A DNA stretch of 63,525 bases from Gnetum montanum (taxonomy: Eukaryota > Plantae > Gnetophyta). Positions 11,139 through 24,000 of this stretch are shown here, piece after piece (positions within the stretch are counted from its first letter, which is position 1; each line of letters starts with the position of its first letter). The DNA lies in contig MNCI01000970.1 of assembly GCA_015680685.1 (NCBI GenBank), forward strand, positions 549,710 through 613,234. The letters run 5' to 3'. The position numbers were made by a program, and so were the translations under genes. A model generated the notes under the pieces. It was not told the origin of the DNA, did not search any database, and was given only the letters and a program-made list of their open reading frames with translations.

Positions 11139-14100
11139 TTAAAGTTTTGAATTCCTTAGAGCTGAAAGAGGCTCAATTGCTTCCTGGCCAATAACGAGTA
11201 GATTTTTCTGTTTGTTTGCATTTGATATTTCACCACTCATGCTCTTCTGCTTTGTGAACTCTTGCAATTGTTGCTGAAGGAGCGTCGACATCCCAGCCTG
11301 CCAAAAGTAAATAGCAGCTCGGTTTAACAAAGAATATTATATTAACGCAGGCTTAATTTTATAAACAAATAAAGCATACCTCCGTACAAAAGGGGTATCA
11401 AATCACAAATTACCTAATCTTACACGAACCTTAAGAATTTAATATCAAAGGTATTTCAGTCAAAAAATCGAAAGAAACTTCGCAATTTGAGTTTATAAGC
11501 ATGTTTATGATGGAGTACACAAATAGCGCACTTATTTAACAGCTAACAATCATCAATTTAATTTGTATGGGATCAATTAAGAACAAATATCAAAAATGAT
11601 TATTTACCCCAGCTACAAATCGGTGAGACAGGGTCCTTGGTTGCAGAGGACGTAATAGCATTTGATCTAGTTCCTGCATCAATAAATTATGTCCAGTATA
11701 TGCAATTATTGAGGTCTCGATTACCTAAGAAGAACGGAAATGAAACTAGTACGATTAGTAAGTGATTATAATATATACCTTCTGTAATTGATTTGCACGA
11801 ACCAATTCCTTTTTCCTCGACTTGGATGTATTTATTTGCTCTTCATCACTGTCATTTACATCTATATCTATCTCAAGAGCTCCAGCCATTCGCTCAAACC
11901 AACTCTTGTTTGCCTTAGTCTGAAACACCAAAAAGCAGTGAAGACAACTATTTTATGTAATTTAAAAACAAAATGATTATGCAGAAAAAATTGCCGAAAC
12001 CAACTGCTACTTTGGTCGAACACAAAAATAATCCAGCTATTTACTAAATGGAAGATCAAAAGGAATAACTACTTCTGTGAACCACAAAAAACTGCTGTGC
12101 TACAAGCAGCCTAGGCATTATTTCTGCAGGCATATATATACTCTGCTAGTAAGCTTAGAGTCTTGTGATGCCTTCATAATAAAAATGGAACAATCGTACC
12201 AAGGTAGATCTGACAAAACGAGTAGCACGACTTCAAGAAATATTCCTTGTAAGTTCCTTCTGCAGTAATCCTTAAATTTAGTTATAATGAAACAGATGGT
12301 CCCCTTTTGACATGTTTTTTATGCATCTAATTTTCTTATCTTCAATTTCTATAAAAAGGCAGTCTTCTTAAAGGTAGACAATATCCGATCATACTAATTA
12401 AGAAATCTTGAATCCCAGTGCCTTGTACTGAGATACAAAGAAATTCTTCTTCTTTTTTTCTTCTTTAAATGGCTTAAGTCTATCCAACAGATCCCTAGGG
12501 TCTTCATATACAAGAAATAATACTTGATTCAGTTTCAATTTCATATCTATCTTCTGATAATAGTGGTGTGCTATGTCATAGCAGAATCTCTCGTAGGTTG
12601 AAATGCAAGTTCTATAAAACTGCTATCAGACCTGCAATCCTTTATGGTGCAAAATGTTGGACTATCAAAAAATTATCAAAGCTCAATGCATACATGTGGA
12701 AGAGATGTAAATGCTAAGATAGATGTCAGATGTGACTAGAAAAGATCGAATCAACTCCTCTCTTATTACAGAATGTTTGAGAGTAACACCCATAGATGAG
12801 AATATTAAGGAAAATCATTTTAGATGGTTTGGACATGTGCCAAGAAGACCACAGAATGCAACTGTTAGAAGAAGTCATTTTATTAAGGTTGAGGGAAAAC
12901 AATAAAGAGGTAGACGTAACCATGCATGGTCTATAAGTGTAAAAACGAATACCCAAGATTTAGGTACTAGCTTTTATTTGAGTCTTAAAAGAAGTGAATG
13001 GTAGAAAAGAATTCATATAACTGACCCCTTGTAGTTGGGATAAGGCTAAGATAATGATAATGATATTAAAAAGGAAAATATCATTACCCAAAGGTTCCGT
13101 GTTTGTCCTGCCAAGTGTGGTCTTGAGAAGTAGATGAGCAAAAGCCTAACTTCTTTTTGAATGGTTATGCTCAAGCTCAAACCTAGGACTTACAACTTAA
13201 GAAACAAGCCCCTTACCATCATTCTAAATGATGGACCCAATGATGATGATCTATCTTCTAATAATATAAATCTGAAAATTGATATTGAACTCTATCTCAA
13301 TTCGGCAATGATAGGATGAAACTGGATTGGAAAAGTTCCTGGGTATTTTGAATTTAAAAATTATAGGATGAATACTAAGCTACTTTCTCAATATTGTTCA
13401 ATGACATTGGAGAAGGTAGATTTCATGCTCATAGTACAAGATCTTATCAGTGATAAAATTCACATTTGGATTACCACCAGGAATTTTTTGAGACCTTAGA
13501 TCCAACGCAAGGAACATGATCAAGGATCTAGTCAAATAGCATTTAGACTTTAGGTGAAGAAATTTAGAAAAGAAGGCCATCCGAATGCTTCAGCAAAGGA
13601 GTCAAAAATCTTAACATTTATGTTTCACATCTCTTCGGATCAGGAGAGCATGGGAGTAAGCACCTAAAAGATCGGAAGCAAGAGGATTTTCTGGGAGTAG
13701 GACACAAGCACATGTGAAGCACAAATTAAAAAACTCACCCCAAAAAAAGTCCAAAAATAAAATTTAAATATTTTTTTAGAAAACAATGAAGTCTTACACG
13801 TGCGTTCCTCTTGGATAGCGTCAATGTTTGACAGCCTCAACAGAACAGATATTTCTGAATAGGATTTCAACGAATGTCTTTGATTTGGGTTTGAAAAAAA
13901 GTGAACATCAGCCATGGAGTATGGTCTTTCAACACCATAGCTGTGCCCACAAGTTACAAGAAAAAAACCATGTAAAAATAAGATAACAAGAAAACAAACA
14001 AGATTTGATGATAAAACCACAGAAAATTTGAAACTGGTATGGTTTTGTTTGGTAAAAAAAATTAAAGTAACCAACATTTGATTCAAAAAGCTTCAGCTGG

Positions 14101-17100
14101 CCAAAATGAATCCTGCAGGCACTTTCATCGGGGATTAATCAAATCTGCTATGTAGGGCTCCCAGACAGGGCAATGATTCTGATCCATCATTTAACAGATT
14201 TGTCTTGATGGATTTTAGAATCAACATCAACAAAAAATTACTGGTAATATAAATAAAAGCAGAAAACGCAACTAAGTAGTAGATGTAAAATTAATAAAAA
14301 CTGCATAAGTATACAAGCATGATGTGATGTGTACAAATTCCTTCAGCCCTCCACTCCCTACATATGGTCAACATGTTATTTATACAAAATATTATTGTGT
14401 GTTAGCATAAACTTTCTAATCCTATGTTCGTGTTTTTTTCCCCTAAACGTAAAAACCTATAATGTTTTAATGAAATATTGTATTCTGTTCACATAACTTA
14501 TATCATGAACCATGTACATGTAAGCATTCTCAACATTATTAATCCAAACGAGTAATGGTAATAAAACAATAAACTATGAAAATAATATAATGAATTTATG
14601 CTTTTATAATTTTATTAATTTAATTAGCATTTTCGTTCTATATAAATTTACAATCAAGTTTCTTTTAGAAGCTTATGAGAATTATTCAAAACATTTAACA
14701 AAACACCTTGACTTTTTAAAATAAGTTGCAGGCATTACTTTTTTGGCAAAATTCAGCTAAAAAATCATAAAAGTAATGAAAATGTTTTCTAACTGAAAAA
14801 GAAGGATATCTTTCATGAATTTGGCTATTTTCAGAGACTTTTTAATAATTGGTCCACATCTCCATATGTATTATCCCATCATACCCAATAAACTATGCAA
14901 TCCTAGATCTTCCTTTACATATTGATACTACATGGAATTCGTAAAAGACCCACATATCTATTTTTTATAAAATTTTCACAAAATATTGAAACAATATGGT
15001 TGATAAAAGAAAATAATGGCCATATATTCTGATTATGCTTTTTACATCATTAGATGATTTCATATACCAAGGATTTAATGAACTATAACAAAAATTATAA
15101 CCATCAAACAAATGAGATACAAGTGAGCAATATCACCATGTCAGTAGTACCATATAAGTGGGCATCCTTCTAATTAATGCTGAATATATATTATTTTCAT
15201 TGTCTATGAAATGCTAAATGAAATATCAAATCCATTTGATAAAGTTTGATCTTCTTCCCTTGTGAATAAGTTATTATGTCCACGCCGAGCAGTAGCTTTC
15301 TTCAACTGTCACTTCAAAAGATAAATAAATAATCTTACCTTGGAGTTCAAACGCAGAATACGATCAAGTTGTCGAGCAAGGGAAACTCTCTTTTCAACTT
15401 CTCGCATGTAAGAAAGATTTACAGGGAAACTCCGATATTGATCCTGAATGTCATGCAGCATTTCTGATTAGTTCAAGTTTTTACATATAGGTCATTTAAA
15501 TGCTCAAAAGGAGAAAACAACTTTTGAAAAAAATGAAAAAAAAAATCATCTCCTCAAACTATTTCATAAAACTCCACGCAACAATGCTAACCTCCTCAAA
15601 CTATTTCATAAAACTGATTAAAACATTCTAAAGTACATTGATTATTTAATTAGCCAGATAAAATAAATAATTGCATATTATTAATACTTTCAATAATTAA
15701 TAAAATACTAAAGAAATCAAAGGGGAACCAAGATAGGCTTTATTCACTATGCAAACACTTTATTCCACATCAACCAAAGAAATCAAAGGGAAACTAAGAT
15801 GGGCTTTATTAACTATGCAAACACTTTATTCTGCATCAACCAAACAGTCCCAGGCTATATAAGCATGGCAGCACTCGGACAAAAGTCTCACTACATAATG
15901 AACCAACAACTTGAAAACAAAAAACAAGGAAAATAAGACACAATTACCCAAGGGACATAGGAGTCAAAAAACAAAGGAAAAACAAAGACATCATATGGAT
16001 CCTCCGCTTCGGTATTTATAGTTTTTGGCTGAGGTACGAGGGGAAGCACTAGCTGCTATGCACTAGTGGCTTGGCGTTAACAAAACGGGGCACTAGCACT
16101 AGGGGTGTGCTAGCTGCCCCACCAAAGGGAGATTGCACATTCAAGCCCAAATTGAGTTGTGTACCAATGAAAAATGTCCCAACCGACTTTCTAGTACCCA
16201 GAGAAGGTCCTAGAACATGGGGAACACAGAGACATGAGTCCCCAGAGGAAAAGGAACCAAACTTGCACATGCACAAACTAGCTTGCACCACACAACAATA
16301 CCTCAACCTCACTATAACTTAAGTGTGTCAACAAGTGACAGCACACAAAATGATACAATATTGTCACTAGACATTGCATCAAAATGCTTATAGAGAGGTT
16401 TCCCGTTCAGTTGATGCGTATGTGAGTTTCTGCCATGGCTTTGGCCCTTTTCTTCCAGCGCAGCCTCTGTGGTTAGGGTTTTAGAATCTGCACAGCCTCT
16501 GATCAGAATTGAGCACAGGCACTTCATGCACTGATTGTTGGGGATCCAATCTATAGCTGGAGATATTGGTTGTGTGTTTGCTGTAAGGGTTTCTGGTCCT
16601 TTTCTGTTGTGTTCATCCCTCACTCTGCTGCTGCGCCTCTGCATTGCAATGTTTCGGTCGATGTAGAGTTCTGGCAGAAATTGGGGATCTGAAAAGGGAA
16701 GGACTTGTTCGTGGCTGATCTGATTTCCAAGGCACTTCATTGTTTTTGCTACACAAAGAAGAATATGAAAGCCTAGTCTGTAGCAAGACTGTGAATCATC
16801 TGAATCCATCAAGGGTTTTCTCAGATGCAAATGCAGTGACAACCATTAATCCATTGGTTGCAGCTATGCCTCAAATCCCTCAGCAAGGGTTTGGCGTGCC
16901 TTCCTCTGGGTGTTCTTCCAAAGCGAGGCTTTTGGGTAGATCTGATTTCTCTAGGATTCCCCTATGGGGTATTCTATAAAACTCTCATCTTCTTCAGCCA
17001 ATGTTGAAATTTCTTCTTCTATTATTAATGCAGAAATATCTATTGATTCTCTAAATGCAAATGTACTGGATAGGAAGAAAAAAGTTCTAGGATCTTTTTC

Positions 17101-17982
17101 TAGTAATGTTGATCCAACCAAGACACCTGATTTTATTCTTCCTGCTAACATCTGAGTCATTGGTTGCTGATCTTTCTTTACGATGTGTTTATTCAAATGT
17201 TGGGTTACCTGCCTTGAAATCAAAGTCTCATTTCAAAGTTGAATGATTTACTAGAAAAACAGGACATCCAAGTGCTTCATGCCAAGCATTATTCTCATTT
17301 TCTTATACTTGTTGAGTTAGGCAATGCTTCGATGGTGCATCGTGCCTTAAATCTTGGGTCTTTTATACATAAACACGCAGTGTTGATCATTCATAAGTGG
17401 GCTCCTAATTTTGATATTAAATCTGAAGAATATTCTAAAGTCCCATGTTTTGTTGAGTCACACAATCTTCCACTAATTTTTCATAAAAATGAGCAAGATA
17501 TTGTTAGTCTCCTTGGTCCCATTAAACATATGGAGTCTATTTCTACTACCTTTGGTTTTCGAAGACATTTCTTTGCTGAAATCAACTTATTGAATCGTAA
17601 AAAAGAATTGGTATTACAAGCAGGAGGAAAGATATATATTCAGCCTATTACATATGATAATCTCCCTAATTCTTGCAATTTTTGTCATCACGAAGGGTAT
17701 TTGTTTAATGTTTGTCCTCTTCTACTCAAGAAAAAAGATTTTCGAGAAAAGAAAAAATGTGTTGAAGTTGAAGCTACAAAAAATCAAGTTACTGTCAATG
17801 ATCAAAATCTAAAGAAGACAAAAGCTCCTGTGCATATTTTTACTACTACTGGAAACAGTATTAAGCAACCTAGACAGATAGCTCATAAGGCAAATTTTTC
17901 CTTGTCTAACAAGTATAATAAGATCCCTAATAAGATCCTTGGCTATCTATCTTGAAAGTGATTGAACTTCTATTAGATTGGG

Positions 17983-18027
<45 letters not shown>

Positions 18028-21000
18028 GCAGCATCAAGGCAAGGTCCTGGGAGGGTCAGTGGATGAACAAAAGCCTAACCTCTTTTGAGTGGCTGCAACC
18101 AAGTTTGAACCCATGTTTCACAACTTGAGAAACAAGAACCTTACCATCACTCCAAATGGTGGTCCCTATCAAAATGTTTATCTAAAATAAAATGCAACTT
18201 CTGAAAGACTTTCAAAAGTTGGGAGATTAAACTTAAGTATGTGTGTGTTCAAGTGCATTTAATATTTTCATAGGCCAATAAACAAGAAGCATAAAACATG
18301 ATCAGAAATTTTTTACATAGGCAGCCACTCTAGACAATCCATTTGTAACCTTAATTTTAAATGACAATGATATTCATACACGGTAATGCTAAAAACAGTG
18401 TAACAGCATTTCAAAATAGGATAATCAATTAAAAATATTTTCTTCCAAGATGTTAATAAACAAAAAGTGATTTACTCGGGATAAAAATAATGTTATGCCA
18501 TACTTTAGAAAATGTATGGCAAAGAGAAACATATTTTGAGCGATCACCAGGTGATATTAAGGCAACACTGCACCCTTCTGCAGACGCTCTTGCAGTTCTC
18601 CCACTTCTGTGGATATAGACCTGAAATACATATTATTCTTAGCTTTCTATACAACTAATCAAGAATGGATATTTTAACTATGTAAGTTTTTTAACTCACT
18701 TCCGCAGAGTGAGGTAACTGATAATGTATAACCGTTCGAACACCTGGGATATCTAGACCTCTAGCTGCAACGTCAGTTGCAACAAGAACAGAATCTTCAT
18801 GTTGCTTGAAACAGTCCATTGCCTGAAGTTAACACAAAAACATCATGAGACAATTAAATGAAAAATAATTAGCACCATAATGAACCAATACTAGCATGGC
18901 TACAAGGCACACGCAAATTCCAGCTATGTCCAACTTCAATTAACTTATTTCACAATACTGTTCAAGGTACTAGAGCATATCAAGCCTATTAACAAAGATA
19001 ATACCCAATAGAATTTAACATTTAAAGTTTCCTAGAAACTGCTAAAATTTTAGATAGGTTTTTTATGGTAAGACGCTGGCGTTGCAAAGAATGCAATTCA
19101 ATTCTCTCAAAAATTTACTATTATTATTATTCTTTATAATATATAAAAACTGGCACCATATGAGGCCAGTGCTCAGGTTAATGCAAGTTAAAAAAGAAGA
19201 AAGTATAAATGGCAGATTCCAAGCAGTAGAAATTAAACTTAAATTTATTAGCTGCATTTATTTGATAGTTTATCAGAGATTGACTGTTTTATGCTTTTTT
19301 ATGATTTTCAAGTTGTTTACAACCATAACTCGCACATCCCTGGGTATCTCTGTCATCATGATATCAACAGAAATACTGCTATTACAATTATATTGTTTCC
19401 CTTCTATTTTAAAGAGGTGATTCTGGTTGATAAAGAATGGCTGCTTAAATACCCATTGCTAGGTCCATGTGTTCTTTGATGAAATGGTTTTTGGTTATCA
19501 GACATACAAGTATCATGGGTTAATGCATTAAACCTGAACAAGTGCATTTGGTCAGTAGAACAATTATTAGAGGAAGAATCATTATTGGTTTTGTATTTGT
19601 CAGTTGTGATAGCCAGATCTGGTCACAAAAATCTCTCCTTGGAGATACTTAAAGCTCTACTTTCAAAAAAAGGTATTTGGGCACTTGGTGCTTATTCAAA
19701 TGCAAAATGAATAGGTCCAATTCAGAACCGTGCTATTTCATTTCCCAAGATTTACTCCATTGCCATTATCTTCAACTATTCTACGATAAATTGGTGCATC
19801 ATCATAAGGCTTACGTAGGCTTATCGAGCATCCTTATCCATTATCCCATGCTAACTAAAAATGTTGTATTTAGTTGCTAAATTTCATCAAAGCCCAACTC
19901 ATAGTTGTAAAAATCATGGCAGATCATAAAATCGGGAACCCCCAGCTCCATCAGATCAAATCAAACCTCAAATTGGAACATAATAAAAAAACATGAAAAA
20001 TTTTTAAAAGGGGAAACGATTCTATCCATGCCAAGAATCGGTAGAAACTGAAAATTACATATTTTCATCCACTTTCTGAGAGAAATACGGAATATTGGTT
20101 TGGTGACCAGATATAAGGGGGAAATTTAAATAAAAAAATACATAATCACTGGTTGGCCAATGTCTCAATCGATTCAAACTAAAGGTTTTACAACTGTGAT
20201 GAAGTGTTGCTTTGACTAAAGGCATATCTGTAGGCTTCATCAGTGAAATTCATTTCTCCAGAATTATCACTCCCCTATAGAAGATTTTAACTCCCAACTT
20301 TTTCAATCGATGCTGAATTTCTGCTTCTTCTATCGATAAGGAAATGTCTATTGATTCTCAAAATGCAGATTTACAAGCTAGCAAGCAAAAATTTGTGACA
20401 TCTTCTTCTAGTGATGTGTCCTTCCTAATGATTTACAAGCTAACAATAAGGTATTAGCTTAGTGGTAAAAGTCTTGGCTTGGTAACTCAAGGTCACAAGC
20501 TTGATTCCAATGGGCAGCATTGAGTTGTAAATCCATAAAAGAAATCTGGTTTGATAAATCCAAGGAGTCTTAGTAGACATAAGTAAAAACTTAATTTAAC
20601 TTTCATATATGAGTCATTAGCTGTTGATCTTACACCATAATATGTGTTCATTCAAATTGTAGATTACCTGCCTCATAATCAAAGCTTTGCTTTGCAAATT
20701 AAAAGATGTGATGCAAAGGCATAACATTTAAGTCATTCATGTCAACTACTATTCTTGTGCTTTCTACTTGTTAAGCTAGGCAATGCTTTGAGAATGCAGC
20801 ATACCCTGAATATGAGATCACTTATACATGAGCATGCAGTATTGATCATTCATAAGTGGACAGCAGATTATAATATCCAATCTAAAGAATATTCTAACAT
20901 TCAATGTTTTGTTGAGTTATTTAATCTTCCATTGATTTTTCAGAAAGCTGAGCAGCAGATTGTTTATCTTCTCAATCTCATTAAGCATATGAAATCTATT

Positions 21001-24000
21001 TCCACACCATTCGGCTCTTGTAAACATTTGCTTTATTGAAATCAATCAAATTAACTATAAAAAGGAATTGGTATTACAAGTAAGCAAAAAGCCTTACATT
21101 CAGCTAATTACATATTATAATCTTCTTAATTCTTGCAACGTTTATCATCATGAAGGACATTTGTTTAATGTTTGTCCTTTTCTGTTCAAGAAAAAAGATG
21201 CTGAAAAGAAAATGTGTTGAAATTAAGATTATAAAAAAAACAATCTAAAGCTGAAGATATGAAAAATCAAGTTAATGTCAACAATAAAAATAATCTGATG
21301 GCAATAAAGAATCCAAAGAAGACATAAGCTTCTGTAAATATTTCTACTTGTTGAAAGTGATATAAATGTTGTTAAAACTAGGACTATTTTCCCTACTGAC
21401 AATTTTTCTTTCTTGAATTTTCAAAATATCATGTTTTCTAGTAAGTGTTAAGCATGTAATATACTCTGAATTTTTTGCTTATTACTAATATTATTTTTAG
21501 AGTCTAACCAATCTGTATGACACTCATTCTACTCACTCATAGACTCTCCTAAACTATTACCGTCAGTTGTCAAATTTCAATAAAAAATGCTTCAAATTTA
21601 ATTAATTGAATATGAGTATTCCATACTTTAAAAACACCCAGTCAACTGTACTGTATAACCAAGTCATTTCCAAAAATTATTTGATCCAAGTTATAAGGTC
21701 AAACTAGTCAAAGTACTTTCGAAATGTCAATCTCCTAGGCACTGCTCTGTAGCCGGTTATGCATTGATATATTTTTGTTAGTCTTATGTTAAAGTGCATC
21801 TACTAAAACATTGAAAATGATCCATTATATATTTTTCTAAATCAAGTTCATTTTGTCTTTCTAAACTTCATTACTGAATCTTTTATTAAAACCTTAAAAT
21901 TGGCCAGACTTCATAAAATTAAACTCCAATTAATTGAAAGCCAGCTTATAGGAGTTTTGATATGTGAAACATTTATGGCAGCATTGTGCAATAACCTTTA
22001 AACGAGCTCGTTGCTGCATTTGTGCATGAAGAGGCCGAGCGGAGACTTTTAAGATTCCCAAAATTGCTGAAATTCGTCGTACCGCTGCAATAGATGTGCA
22101 AAACACAATAGTGCGGCCACATCCATGCACTCTAAGAATATAGTACAAATATGCATCTTTGTCCTCTTCTTTGCACCTGCATGGCCATGTACAGAAAACT
22201 ATCAATCAAAAGAGAAGAAACACAAGCATTCTAAGCAACAAAAGGTTCCCTTAATATCATATTTTAAAAATACTCTCCATTTCAAGGGAATTTTCATATT
22301 ATTCAAGTATATTCTTAGGTTTATAAATTAAACAAACATGTACATCCCACAGGAAGATTATACTATCTCATACATAAATACATACTCTATCACAGATTCT
22401 TCAAGCTTGTGTGCAACAATACTTGAGGAGGTCAAATCAAAGACTGCTGCATTTTCTCTTACACCAGCTCTCTCACAAAGTGCTTCAAGAGAATCAGTTA
22501 CAGTTGTTTGTCCTGACTTTGATGGATGAGAGGCCCTTCTTAGTTTCTTTCTAAAACCAGAAGACAATGCTATGGTAGCCGAAAATACCAATGTCTGTCT
22601 TTTCTTCATTTTGCTCATTTTCTGCATGCCATCATCCGTAGTGGAAACATTATTTAATGGAAGCATTCCAATGATTGATTGAAGCTCTTGAAAATGCCCT
22701 TTCTCTATCATCCGGTCAGCTTCATCAAGTACAAAAAATGATAGTGAATAAAGCTGCATATGCACAAAAGGAAGGGTTATCAACCGTAATGGTCTGCACA
22801 AATTCAGTCGGAATCACATAAATTGCTTTTACCTCAAGGAGGTGTTTCTCACCGGCAGACATCAATTGCCAAATTCTCCCAGGTGTACCAACTACAACAT
22901 GAGGCTTTTGTTTCAAAAGCCGCTCCTGCTTCTCTGGTGCCATTCCACCAACAATAGGAACCACCTTAATATGTGCATGCCTTGACACTGCTTTAAGATG
23001 CTCGCAAACCTTCCCAGTCAAATAGACATAAGTATGTAAACAATGAAACTTAACTTCCTGAACAATTATGCATAATTAAAAGACCCGTATGCAAATTCAC
23101 TTAGACAGCATTTCCTTAAACGTTAAGATATCATGCATATTAAAGTGGGATATGGATCATAACGGAAAAGAAAATTCAACATATCAAATCAAACATTTAA
23201 AGTTCCGTGACAACACTTTATACAAAAGCATAATAGAAAATGTGGTGGATGTCAATACAACGGTTGCAAATTTCACAACTGTTACAACTAATTTCATATA
23301 ACAAAATTCCTGCTTTTTGTATGGTTTAGTATATTCAATGCACAGTCAGTACTAAACATTTTTGTCAATGAGATCCTATGTACAATGTTTAAATATACCT
23401 GACCATTATCATTATAAGGTTCTTTAAAATGATTATTTCATGAATGATCGTACTTTTGCATCATTACTTTTTTTAGACATTGGATACTTAAGTTTTTCTG
23501 CACTGACCTCTTTTACTAATCATTTTAGTTGAAAATGTATACAAGACCACAAATTGGCAGCTTAATACTAAAACAGATAACAAAAGTTGTTCAATTCTAC
23601 CTGAATCAAACCTCAGTGGTGTTGCTTTTTTCATCTTACTTACCTATGGCATCATTTATTTTTATTTAAGATATCAGAAACGTTGAGAACCTTGGTTGGA
23701 AGAAAATAGATATTAAACACCTCTATCCATAAACAGTAAAATTCAAACACAAAATAAACATAAAAAGAACATGGTTACCTGCAATGCAAGTTCTCTTGTA
23801 GGAGCCAGGATAAGAGCTCTAAGGGAATTATCAACATTTTTGTGGAAAGTCTCTTTCATGTTATCTTCCAGAACTTCCTTGTGTGCTGCTTTCTCTCGCT
23901 CCTCTAGAAGACGTTGCAAGATTGGAAGACCAAATGCAAGAGTTTTTCCGGATCCAGTTTCTGCTGCACCAACAACATCCTGTGGCATAATGATTGGTAA

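Noticed and set aside
12170-12270. Extra helicase exon after a CAG acceptor
   Set aside because: The frame stops within a few codons, and the protein is complete and in phase without it.
16312-16842. 176-aa minus-strand ORF as a nested gene
   Set aside because: It has no recognisable motifs and lies antisense to the 5' region of the L1 remnant within an intron.
20448-20525. Functional tRNA gene
   Set aside because: The acceptor stem and T-loop are degenerate, it continues into a SINE body and it is nested in a LINE remnant.
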